A stretch of 64,000 bases of DNA, from positions 146,692,001-146,756,000 of the forward strand of contig OZ024741.1 in the NCBI GenBank assembly GCA_964016885.1, read 5' to 3'. The position numbers were made by a program, and so were the translations under genes. How positions within the stretch are numbered: the stretch's first letter is position 1; every line of letters begins with the position of its first letter. Positions 25,910 through 37,436 of this stretch are shown piece by piece. Origin of the DNA: Eledone cirrhosa. Its lineage: Eukaryota. A model generated the notes under the pieces. The model ran no database searches. It was not told the DNA's origin and worked only from the letters and a program-made list of their open reading frames with translations.

Positions 25910-26665
25910 CTGTGAGTAGAGCAGCATATGCTTTGTGTCATTTACTTACGTCCCTTTATGTTCTGAGTTCAAATCCTGAGGAAGTCAATTTTGCCTTTTA
26001 TCATTCTAAGGTTGATAGTTGATAAAATATTGTGTAATCAACTTTACCCTCCCACAAGTTTGTTGGCCTTATGCCTATGTTAGAATCAATTATTAAAGAG
26101 TATGGTAAATTGACAATATTGGTAAAGCATCAGACAAAATATTTTGCTATTTAATTACATCTTTTTACATTCTGAGTTCAAATCCTGCTGAGGTCAATTT
26201 TCATCGATTCAAGGTCAATAAAATAAAGTACCAGTCAAGTATAAGGGCCAATATAATTAACTTTACCTTTCAACCACAAAGTGCTGGATTTGTGTCTAAA
26301 TTAGAAATCAATAATATGAACCTGTGTATTTGAGTGTGAGTGTGTGTGTATGAGTGTGTGTGTGTGTGTGTGTATTTGTGTTTCACTATGTGTCTTAGCA
26401 ATAATCATTAAAACATTTTCAGATTACATTAATAATAATAATAATGATAATACTCCTTCTTCTTATTATTATTGGATTGGCAGTATCGATAGAGTGTCGG
26501 ACAACATGCTTTGTGGCATATTGTTATGGCTGTTTACGTTCTGAGTTCAAATCTTATGGAGGTTAGCTTTGCCTTATATGATTGATAAAATATAGCACCA
26601 ATAATGCATTGGGGTTGATTAATCGACTTTCCTCTCCCCCCAAAAATTGTTGGCCTTGTGCTATT
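25910..26665 (+). mobile_element. Three diverged family-A-like SINEs
   Basis: 'ttctgagttcaaatc' B box, core remnants and 'ccttgtg/ccttatg...agaatcaattatt' tails. Confidence 0.7.
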
Positions 26666-26689
26666 GTTTGTTTACACAAAGATGTGAAT

Positions 26690-26885
26690 GGTGCTGGAGC
26701 TTCTAGTGAAGGTGCCTTGTCCAGCAGGTGTCCTGTGGGTGAGCAGCACAGGCTCAGTCATCATCATGACACTACTAGAATGAAGTGGAGTAAGGAGATA
26801 AACAAGGCTGTTATGGAGTGTTATTTTAGAAGCAAGCCTGTGAATGAAAAGGGTGTGCCAATTAGAGGATGCAGACAAAGGTAGG
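26690..26885 (+). mobile_element. R4/Dong-type LINE N-terminal (Myb-like) fragment
   Basis: RMKWSKEINKAVMECYFRSKP...RGCRQR resembles REKWSREDNKEVLEAFY at ~45170. Confidence 0.65.
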
Positions 26886-27405
26886 GATATTTGAATCAAC
26901 TGGTCAGAGGATAGAAGTTTAACTCTTTACAAACCAGCTGCTCAAAATTAACCCAGTTTTTACAATGACAAACATAAACCTCTTATTTTAAAGTAATTAT
27001 ATTTAAATAAAAAAAATGTTATGGAAGAATATTCTTGTTAAGCTATGTACTCAGCTCTCACTTAATACTATGATTGATTAACTAAATTCCTTCAAATTGT
27101 TGATTATTTACAAGATTAATTAAAAAACAGAGGTGGTGTATTTCATTAGAAATAGAGTATGTTCTATGATTTAAATTCTGGTTAGAGGCATTTCCAGCCA
27201 GGCCCTCTTAAACTTTCAAAACTGATGTTTAGTTCAACCCTTTTGATACTGACCAGGCTGAAACTGATTCTGGTTCTATGATACTAAACCATTTATTTTA
27301 AAGTGTTTATATTTATCTAAAAACCTTCTATCATAATTATATGTAAGAACCTTTCTTGAGTTTGCCCCAAACATTAGCTTAACAATTAGAAAATTAGATA
27401 TATTG

Positions 27406-27798
27406 CTAAATCCTTCCAAATTCTTGATTATTTTCAAAATGATTAGAACATCTTAGGCATCTTTCATGAGAAATATGGCAATGAAAGTCTGCATATTGAC
27501 ATCTGCAGGAAAACATGAATGAAGTGGGATTTCCAGGTGGTGAAATATTTGATAAGAATGATTGTTCAGTATTAAGTGCAGAATCTGGGGAATGGGATGA
27601 CATATTGTAATAAGTTATAAAAGGAGTAAAGTTACGTATATCTGCTGGGCCTGTGCAGCATGTTGGTGAGTGAATCTTGGTAATATTTTGTTGATATAGT
27701 CTACAATGTGTAGTATGTGTAGTAGCAGAAACACCATCTGCGAACTGTGCCCCAATCTCAATTTGTTGTAAACTTTCAAGACCAACTGAAACTATCCC
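27406..27798 (-). other. Candidate host coding exon, unidentified
   Basis: 131 codons without an internal stop (GIVSVGLESLQQIEIGAQFADG...), with no repeat similarity noticed, plus a 29-nt AG/GT-bounded segment at 27865-27893. Confidence 0.25.
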
Positions 27799-28399
27799 TC
27801 ACTAATATAAAGGTAGACTAATTAAAAGCAAAACATCCATTTAATTTTTGTTTGGAGAGAATACCTTTGCTGTCATACAGAGGTAATAGTTGCCTGAAAT
27901 TTTTCCACAATGTTACAGGAAATAAACAAACATAGGTTATATTCATATATATATATATATATATATATACATACATATACACACACATTGGTTGACCTGG
28001 GTCTAAGCAACACAATAACAACAACAATGGTTGATGAACAAGTGAGCTTGACATACTAAAAATAGTAGGTATATTTCCCTCAAATCACATTTTAGAGTAT
28101 TTTGAATGAACACAAAATGACACATTGGTTAATGTTGTTCTTATTCTAGATACGCCTTATGTCTAAACAATAACAACAAGGAAAATAGACAGGATTACCA
28201 CAGATGGAATGCAAATGATCAAACTAAAGATGGAATGTAAATGATCAAACTAAAGTGCTAGTATGAAGGAAAGAAGATAGGACCCTGATCCTTTCATGAA
28301 AGTGGCCTTGCTTAATATGTAGTAAAGGAATAGGTATAAACTCTATAAGATGTACTCAATGTAAGTAGTGGCCACACAAGAGATGTAGTGGGATAACAG

Positions 28400-29060
28400 A
28401 GAGATTGACAAGAAAAGAAGACTGTTTGTAGAAGATGCACAGGGAAATCGAGGGGGAGAGCATCAATGATATAAGCGTTTTCGAATCACAGGAAGGAACC
28501 ATAGAAGTAGTTGATTGCTTCCGCTATCTAGATGACTTAAATAGCAGTAGAGGAGGGTGCTCTGAGAGATTAATAGATAGAATAAGGATAGCATGGAAAA
28601 AGTTTAGAGAGCTACGCCAACTATTGAAAACAAAAGATTTCTCCCTATGTACAAAAGGATGACTGTATGACACCTGTGTGGGAAGTGTGATGCTTCAAGG
28701 TAATGAAACAGGGGCAGTGACTGCAGAAGATGCGCATATATTGGAGAGACTGGGCAGCTATGCTTTGTTGGATGTGCAATGTACATGTGAGTGAAAAGCA
28801 GAGCTTGGATGAACTGAGGAAGGAGCAGGGTTAAAGAGAAATCCGAGGTGGTGTGCAGGAGAAAAGACTGCATTGGTATGGACATGTGATGTGCATGGAT
28901 GACGATCGATGGGTGAAGAAGTGCCAGGAAATGCTAGTGGAAGGAAGCTGCAATTGAGATAGATCAAGAAAAACTTGGGCAGAGGTGGTGAGAACTGACC
29001 TCAAATCACAGACTCACAGAGGAGAGGACGAAGGAATGTGGTGATTGGAGAGATGCTATA
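28400..29060 (+). mobile_element. Degenerate RTE RT C-terminal fragment
   Basis: IEVVDCFRYLDD...GGCSE...RIRIAWKKFREL and RLHWYGHVM. Confidence 0.85.
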
Positions 29061-29319
29061 AAATAACTTATAAAATAGAGTGAATGTCCTTACAGATAAA
29101 AAAAGAAGAGTTGCCAACTGCCACTACAAAGAATTGAACTCCCAGATACCAGCAAGATACTTTGAACACTTAAACCAAGGAGCGTGATAACTCTTACCGT
29201 CTTAAATTAGATAGCTGAATCACAGCTTTAAATGCTAATAAACATGCTGTGTGCGTAGTTAACCTCTTGGAATTTTACAAAGGTTATATGTTACCAGTAG
29301 ATCTCTCAAGAGTAACCTG

Positions 29320-29362
<43 letters not shown>

Positions 29363-30045
29363 CATCAGCAGAAAATATACAGTTACATAAGATGAACAGA
29401 TAGCTGTGTTTTTACTTAATCCACCTCCCTGCTGGTGCACAATTTCAGGCATTAAGAATGATGGTATTACATTTGTAATGCAACAGAAAAGAGAACCACT
29501 CTGTTGGTAAGGTGCATGTGAGATGATAACAAAGCAAAGAATGGACAGGGAAATTTACAGGTGTCTTTCAACAAAAGCAGAGATAAATACATAAAAGGAA
29601 TTACAACTAGAAATCAATAAACAATGGACTTAGTATGCAAAATGTGCATCATGTTAACGCTGAAATGATTTAAAAATTAAAATATTTAATCTTTCTTCAA
29701 AAGAATGTAGTTGGGTTGTGGAGTGTACAGAAAGAGGTCTACAACCTATGAAAGTTGAGAAATAAAAAAGAAACAAAGTGATGAATTACAGGGTTATGGG
29801 AGGATGAACAATAATTAGAACAATAATGAAAAACAAAGAAAAAGTGGAATAAAAGGAAACAAATAGAGAGAACAGGAGTCATGGCAATAAAAGCATAGTA
29901 GCAGCTGTATGTATGTGTGTGTGTGTGTATATATATATATACATATATATGAACATATATATACACATATCAGATTGGAGGTGGTAAAACCCAGTTAGAC
30001 CATTACTCTCCAGTGTACTCAATACTTGGGGTAGTAGAGAGGGTA

Positions 30046-30128
30046 ATATGAAAAAATTCAGGACCCCAACAGATCTAGATGTTGAAATAGCTGGAGCTCA
30101 GCTGTTGGGGTACTGAATTTTTTCATAT
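30046..30128. repeat. Imperfect palindrome (~27 bp arms)
   Basis: atatgaaaaaattcaggaccccaacag ... ctgttggggtactgaattttttcatat. Confidence 0.85.
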
Positions 30129-30142
30129 ATATGTACATATAT

Positions 30143-30174
<32 letters not shown>

Positions 30175-30287
30175 TTATTAAAATAACAGATTAAAGTTTA
30201 AGCAAAGAATCGCTGCTTTCACCCTTAACGGGATCTTCTGAAACTAACAAAGTCAATCTGTTTAGTCTTCAATTTTATTATTATTAC

Positions 30288-30334
<47 letters not shown>

Positions 30335-30409
30335 CACACACACACACATATATATATATACACATATATACACACATATATATATATATACATAGATACA
30401 TATATATAT

Positions 30410-31010
30410 GGTGGCTGCCAACTCGTTTTCGAGTACGGCCACTACTTTATATCCATGTAGGAGAACTCCTACCGATGCGCTGAACGAGTGTGACTTTTTA
30501 GTTCAGCCAGCGACTTGAAAACTCTGGTACAAACACTACACTTGTGACAATTATTGACACATAGTGCTGGGCCCATGGTACCATGTGACGACAAGTGCAG
30601 AGAGATCTCCAGATATAAAGCAATGCCTGTGCCGTGAAGCTTTTATAGTGAGCAAAGGCACTGCACAAAGCCAGTCCCACTCTCTTAACCAAGATGATAT
30701 TTACCAAAAAGAAGAACAAGTCAACATCATTGGATACCATCAGAGTTGCAGGTGTTATATCAGAGTTTTCCTTCTCCTAGAATTCTGCCTTGACAAAGGC
30801 TAAGGGGTCATCCCTCCCGGTGATTTTGGATAGCCATTGACTCTTAAGAGCTGCTTTGACAGGTTTTGTTTTTAGTCCTGCAGGATGTCCAAAGTCACCC
30901 TCCTCACCAAGAAACCTTGGTGGGGTTGCCAGTTTAGTCGCCAACGACCCGACCATGAGACAGGTTGTACTGGGATACATGTTACCAGTAGCACCAACTG
31001 GTGACCTGAC
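30410..31010 (-). mobile_element. Non-autonomous RTE-like element (5' UTR-type sequence) between (TA)n tracts
   Basis: GC-richer block with the RTE 5' UTR-like motif 'tctaggagaaggaaaactctga' (cf. ~17345); sharp borders with (TA)n on both sides. Confidence 0.55.
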
Positions 31011-32522
31011 ATATATATATATATACATATATACACACACACATATATATATTTACAGTAATAATAATAATAAATTTGAAGACTAAAATCCAAAGAGGGC
31101 TCGATAAGGATAAATATATATCAAATATATAAGAACCCTAGAGCAAATATGTATTAAAATAACAGATTAAAGTTTAAGCAAAGAATCGCTGCTTTCACCC
31201 TTAACGTGTATTTGTTCTCATCGCTCCACATAATGACGTTTTATCTTCGCTTTTTTCCGTTCATTGCCGGGGACCGTCTTCACGAACCAAAGTATCATCT
31301 TCCTGTTTTCCTTCGGTTGCAACGTTTTTCGAAATATTTACTTGTGCATTCACAGTTTGATTTTTTTTAATTTCAGAAGATCCCGTTAAGGGTGAAAGCA
31401 GAGATATATATTGTATATATATATATATATATACATATATACATATATATACCTATATACACATATATACATATATACACGTGAAGGCACATATATATTT
31501 GCAGCTTTTGAGTTAGATTCTTGGACTGGGTGATGCATTGCATCCTTGAACAGGACACTTTATTTAACATTGCCCCAGTTTACTCAGCTGCATATATGAG
31601 TTGAAACATCCCTGATACCAAGCTGTATTGGCCATTACTTTTCCCTTGGACAATATTAATATATATATATATTTAAAAGAAGGAAAAAAATGACATTACT
31701 TGTAGTTCTGAATAATTTGATTTAATTTTATATTATGATTTGGTAGATCTAGTAAGTTCTTTGTTAACTTTGGTGGGAAGATTTTAAAAGATTCCTAGTT
31801 AACTTTCTTGCATTCGTGGTGATTATCAAACTGAGATCAGATTATGTTGTGATGTGTGACTCTATATATATGAGAGATTTGGGTGTGTCTGGTGTGTGTG
31901 AGTGGGAGGGGGGGGGGGTAATGAGTGTGGAAGTGAAGGAGTGTTGATGAAGATTTAAAGGAATTAAAGCATATATATAAATATATATACAGAAAATAGT
32001 GAATGGTAACAGCAAGATAATTGATTGGAAGTGGTGTTGGGGTTTTTAGGAAAGGTGTTGTAAAAGTGCCCTCCTGTTGGTTCTATTTCAATAAATTACC
32101 TTTGATGGATATAATGGCAGGATGTTTTTTAAATTATTTTCTTATAGCTGAATCAACTCTCTTAAATTTATAAAGAATACCTTCAACAATTTTCTATATT
32201 AAATATGAATTTGGGTGTGTGTCTGCTGGTGGAGGGATTAATGAGGTGTAAGATACATGTTTTTTGATAAAAAAAAAAGGATGACAGCAAAGAAAAAATA
32301 AGGATAGTTTTGGAACATTTGTCAGAAATATATTTTTTCGATATTGGTTTGGGAGGGGAAGTGGGAGAGGGGAACATGCTAGCTCACATATTTACTTCAT
32401 GTAAACATATATACAGCCCATATACATATACATACACACACATACACACATATATATATATATATACAAAGGTATACACACACACATATATACACATACA
32501 TACACACACACATACACATATC

Positions 32523-32567
<45 letters not shown>

Positions 32568-32571
<4 letters not shown>

Positions 32572-32856
32572 CCAACTTCCCATGGGTACAAGCCGAAGCT
32601 GAAACATATAGACAATATGCCTCCACCCCTCCCACTGTAAAGTGGTTGTGTTGGTAAAACGGCAAAAAAGCATCCAGCCCACACTTTAAATGAGGTTGGT
32701 TTTAGGAAGGGCATCCAGCTGTAGAAATCAAGCCAAAATCAGTTCCTGTATGAGCAAGACAAAGTCAGCAGACCGGGACACTGCCCACAACAGGACAACC
32801 CGTCTAACCCACGCTAGAGTGGAAGAATGGACGTAAAACAGTAATGATGATGATGA
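32568..32856 (+). mobile_element. Young RTE 3' end inserted next to (TA)n
   Basis: Close match to the reverse complement of 8170-8500, ending in (gat)n. Confidence 0.9.
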
Positions 32857-33014
32857 TATACACGCATACACACATAACATATTTGTATGTGTGTGTTACA
32901 CAAATACACTCACACCTATACCATCCTTAGAATTGATATTCCTTATGTTCCACTCTAATAGTATGATAAATTAAACATTTATTACACACATTTTACTGAA
33001 ATAAAGCAAGAAAA

Positions 33015-34086
33015 ATGTGGTTTAAATAATACATATATTAAACAGATCCTTATTCTTCTTGTAATATGCATATTGTATGAGTTATATTCAGGATAGTACT
33101 GTATATTTCTTTAACATATTTATCCCCTTATTTTAGTTTTCAGAACTTCTGTTGTTTGTGCTGTCTGTATAAACAACATTTATCTTGAAACAATAAACCA
33201 AAGAATTTCTGTCAAGTGAAATTGATGAGGTATTTTTTTTAGGTCCCAATGGATTTTAACATTTTTGTCTATTTAATCATTCTTTGACAAGTATTTTCTT
33301 TCTCTCTATTCTCTCTCTCTCTTTATGTCCCTTTCAGTGAAGGTCTTTTAATGCAATTTCTTTCAACATACATTCATTGCTATTGTTTTTTACTTTCAAA
33401 ATGTTTCAACACACATTATGACAATTTTTTTAATGAAAGGTTTATTATTAGGACTATAGTTACTTATTTTGAGCATGTACAGTTCTTGTGGCAATATAAC
33501 AATTTTGATGATATATGTAGAACATAACTTTGTATTCAAATCTCTTTAGAACACTAATCATGTGTGTCTTTATGTCATGTAACTTTGAGATTCAACAAAA
33601 TAGAGATTGATGATATAAGTCCCAGTTGATATGAACCACTAAAATCCCTTCAAGACAGTGAAACATGTAAAAGAATATATATATATATATATATATCATA
33701 AATTAAAGGCTAAGACTTTACCATTATGATTACCAATTTGGGACAGAAAATAAACAAGACCATCTTATTTAAATATAAATGGACTTCCATTGATTTCAAT
33801 AAAAGTTCCAGTTGTTTGACCAATGGGATGACCTGCTCATGAAATTTTATATGCACCTGGTTGAGCTTTCCACAAACACAAGTCACCCACATTTGATATG
33901 AAGTCACTCATAAACACAGTCATACTGTCTTCCTTTTTCTTTTCTGTAGCTGCCTCAGTGAAAACTAAAATAAGGGGATAAATATGTTAAAGAAATATAC
34001 AGTACTATCCTGAATATAACTCATACAATATGCATATTACAAGAAGAATAAGGATCTGTTTAATATATGTATTATTTAAACCACAT
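33015..34086. repeat. Perfect 128 bp inverted repeat with ~816 bp spacer
   Basis: 33015-33142 is the exact reverse complement of 33959-34086. Confidence 0.95.
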
Positions 34087-34579
34087 CCTTAGATATTGCT
34101 AGCATACTACCCCCCCCCCCCCCCTCAAACTCTTACAATTTACTTGTCTCTTCTCTTTCATCACTAATATAATGTGACCTCCCACCACCAAACAAAAACT
34201 CACACTAATCACTATATTCAGCCAGGGTTGGATTTGGACCTGGGTGGGACCGGGGCACTTCAGGTGGGGACTTGCTACATACAGAAAAAAATTAAAATAC
34301 ACAGCAAACTCCCCAATTTTACACATCAACTTTGACTTGGAGCAAGTAATTGGGATTGAAAAGTTATACATACAGGTATTAAATTAAAGAATTCTAACCA
34401 TCCTAAAACTAAAAAGCCCAGCTAGGAACAGTAAGGATTCTAAGGTGGGTGTTGGAAAGTTAAGTTAGAAGGAATGACCCAAAGGATCTTTGGCAATTGG
34501 CTATGGCTCACTCTATAGTGTTGGTAAAACATCTGCCAGAGCAAAAGCATTATGAATGATGAGGATGTTGATGATAATA

Positions 34580-34797
34580 ATTTGTTCTACTTTAAACACA
34601 AGGCCAGCAATTTGAAGGGGAGGGAAAGTTGATTAAATTGACCCTAATGCATTATTGGTGCTTTATTTTATCGACCCCATAAGGATGAAAGGCAAAGCTA
34701 ACTTTGGCAGGATTTGAACTCAGAACATAAAGGGCCGTAACTCAATACCACGAAGCATGGTAACGACAGTCTACCAATGCTGCCAATTCACTGCCCT
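34580..34797 (-). mobile_element. Family-A SINE
   Basis: Head 'gggcagtgaattggcagc', B box gagttcaaatcc, core, tail 'ccttgtgtttaaagtagaacaaattatt'. Confidence 0.85.
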
Positions 34798-34821
34798 TGT
34801 AATAATAATAATAATAATAAT

Positions 34822-37092
34822 GGTTTCTTTATTGGCCACAAGGGCTAACATGAAGAAAAACGTTACAGATGGCACAGAACTGTTCAGGATGATACAAAAT
34901 GGCTTTTGGCCGTGTAAAAAGGTTATAACAAGATAGAAATCAAAAAAATTCAAACAACAAAATTTCCCCAAAAAGGAGGAAACCTCCGAGGGTCACTCGT
35001 GGCGAAAACCACACAAATGATCGCAGCCACCCTGACCACCAGGGCAAGCGCCTTCTCTCAGTTTTCCCACTCCTCAGTCTACAGGCACATACTCAGAGCG
35101 GGCCCATTCACTCTAACCAGACTTGCCACTTTCACCCACCTTTCAACAAACTTACTAGAAGACAGCACTTGCCTCTCCATCCTGATTTTCCTCTTCAAGA
35201 GAAACTTGAAAAAGTTAATCAGGGATTGGCCGGAGAGGAATGTGTCCGTCTTCAATCCTTTCAACCTTGTCCACCATACAATCTCTTTCACCATGGCCAC
35301 CAGGCAGATGAAAAAGGAGGCTGGCGGGTTATCTGCACAATGGACTCAGTCAATAATCGGATCCATCCTATACGGGATAGAAACTGTTTGACATAGCCGC
35401 ACAAGTCAGCAATTCTCGGGCACTGGATGAGTGCATGCAGGATGGTTTCGTCACCCTGCGCACATCTCGGACAGGCTTGGCTGACAGCACCTCTGTGCCT
35501 GTAGAGATTATCCCGAACTGGCAATGCTCCCTGGTAGCACTGCCAGGCCAGGGATTTCTGTAAGTTGACCATAGGCCCCGGGCTGAAAGTTCTCTTGAAG
35601 AGAGCGAACAGCTGATCGTCTTCAACGCCCAGGGTCTCCCTTCCACTATCCCTCTATAGAACGCCAAGGTGGATGTTCTACCGATATCAGTGCCCAGCTG
35701 GTAGAGGGCGGTGAAAGCTTCCAAGCATTATCCCTCGGTATTTTCCTGATCCAGGACTGCACCTCCGTCAAGGAGACGAGCTGCAGAAAAGCACGTCTGG
35801 CAAACGGCAACCACAGCTGTTCACCATCAAGGAAGCACCAGAGATGCGCAGCCTCAGCGCATGTTTGCGCATCATCAGCCACGGCTTGCCCAGTCCTCCA
35901 CGTAATGGGTGCTGACAGCAGATAGATCGTCTGACCATGGGAGCACATCCCTTCCACAAAAAGCAGAAGAGAAGGTGCTCTATTTGGGTCAGAGTTGGGT
36001 GGGGGCAAGGTACGACGGTCACGCGGTGGCAGATGATGGACGCGATGTATGCATTCACCATCTCCGCCCGACCTTTCAGACACAGCCTACTCTGCTCGTC
36101 ACCTCGTTTCAGTTTTTCTCCATCTGGAGGTCCTCAGTGAGTGCGATTTTGCTTCCTGGGTGGTAGCAAAAAGGACGTCCACGGTAGCATATTTCTTGCC
36201 TCGGGTGATGTGGGTTTTCCATGTCCACTCAGTTCCCAAAGTCTTCTGGATTTGAGCCTCTGTGGCTCTCTCCACATGCCGTGATTTCGTGGCAATCGTG
36301 CAGTATGACATTGTGCCTCGCTCTTGTTCCTCCAGGAAGTCGGTTGGTGGTTTCAAGGACACACTGAAAATTCAGTTCTGGTTACCATGTGTCTTGTGAC
36401 CACCATCTCCTCCTCTGTGACAAGACTGTTTCTACGTTGTGAGCCATCTTTGCAAAAGAGATGGTCCCTTTTTCAGTGGCATCATTGTTGCCACCGTTAC
36501 TGCTGCTACTAGTCTTGTTGTTGGTGCTGTTGCTGTTGCTACTTCTACAAATGATGTTGTTGCTGTTGTTGCTGTTATCACTGTTGCAGTTGGTTGTGTC
36601 TTTGGTGCCGCCGTTGGTGTTGTTCTCGGTACAATTTATATTGTTGCTGTTGTATTTGTTGTCATTTTTTCTGTTGTCTGTATTTTGGTTGTCGCTGTAA
36701 CTGTTGTGGTTGGTGTGGTCATTTTTTTTCCGAAATTAGTATTCTCGGTGTTGTTGTCATTGCTGTCTTTGTTCACGTTGCTTGTGGTGGTGTTTGTTGT
36801 ATCACTTTCTGTGTTTGCCGTAACCCTTCTCTCAATTTTTATGGTTGTTGTCACATGACAGTAGATATATCGCTGGGGGCTTGACTCAGCCATGTTTTTT
36901 TTCCCGATAATTTTTAAGTGTAAAAAGTTCAAATATTGAGGCTAAAAAGCCCAAATATTATATTTTCCCCTTCACAGGGCAAAGTCCAAGGGCTTATATC
37001 CCTTACACAACAATAAAATTTAACAATAAATAATTTATGACAGGTAAATAAAGAGACTTCTGAAAGCGAGAAAAAAGACGTTCGATCAGACC
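34822..37092 (-). mobile_element. Internally deleted Tx1-clade LINE (both ends intact, APE and RT lost) with TSD gt(aat)5
   Basis: ORF1 start MAESS at ~36893 and an RRM-like stretch homologous to 42000-42200, fused at ~36130 to post-RT ORF2 ending in CPRCAQGDETILHALIQC. TSD at 34799-34815 and 37094-37110. Confidence 0.88.
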
Positions 37093-37110
37093 AGTAATAA
37101 TAATAATAAT

Positions 37111-37160
37111 TGTTCTACTTTTGGCACAAGACCAGCAATTATCCCAGTGTATTACTGGTA
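37111..37160 (-). mobile_element. 3'-terminal fragment of a family-A SINE
   Basis: taccagtaatacactgggataattgctggtcttgtgccaaaagtagaacaattatt on the minus strand. Confidence 0.85.
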
Positions 37161-37436
37161 AAAATAATAATAACAATAATAATAATGCTTTCTTTATTAA
37201 CCACAAGGGTCTACATAAAGTAGACATTAAGGACAGTACAGGACAATACAGGGCGGTACAAATGGGCATTTCTGCGTGTAAAAAACAAGAAACAGAGGAT
37301 GTAATAATAGAACAATGAAAAAATTCCCCAATAGGGGGGAGACTTCCGAGGGACATTCGTGGAGAAAGCTCATTAAAAAGCCACAGTGACCCTGACCACC
37401 AGGCCAAGTGCCCTTTCCCAGTTTTTCACCTTTAAT

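Noticed and set aside
32310-32714. ORFs rich in YI/HT/CV repeats (also 12263, 14195, 29739, 31373, 51702)
   Set aside because: Translations of dinucleotide microsatellites.
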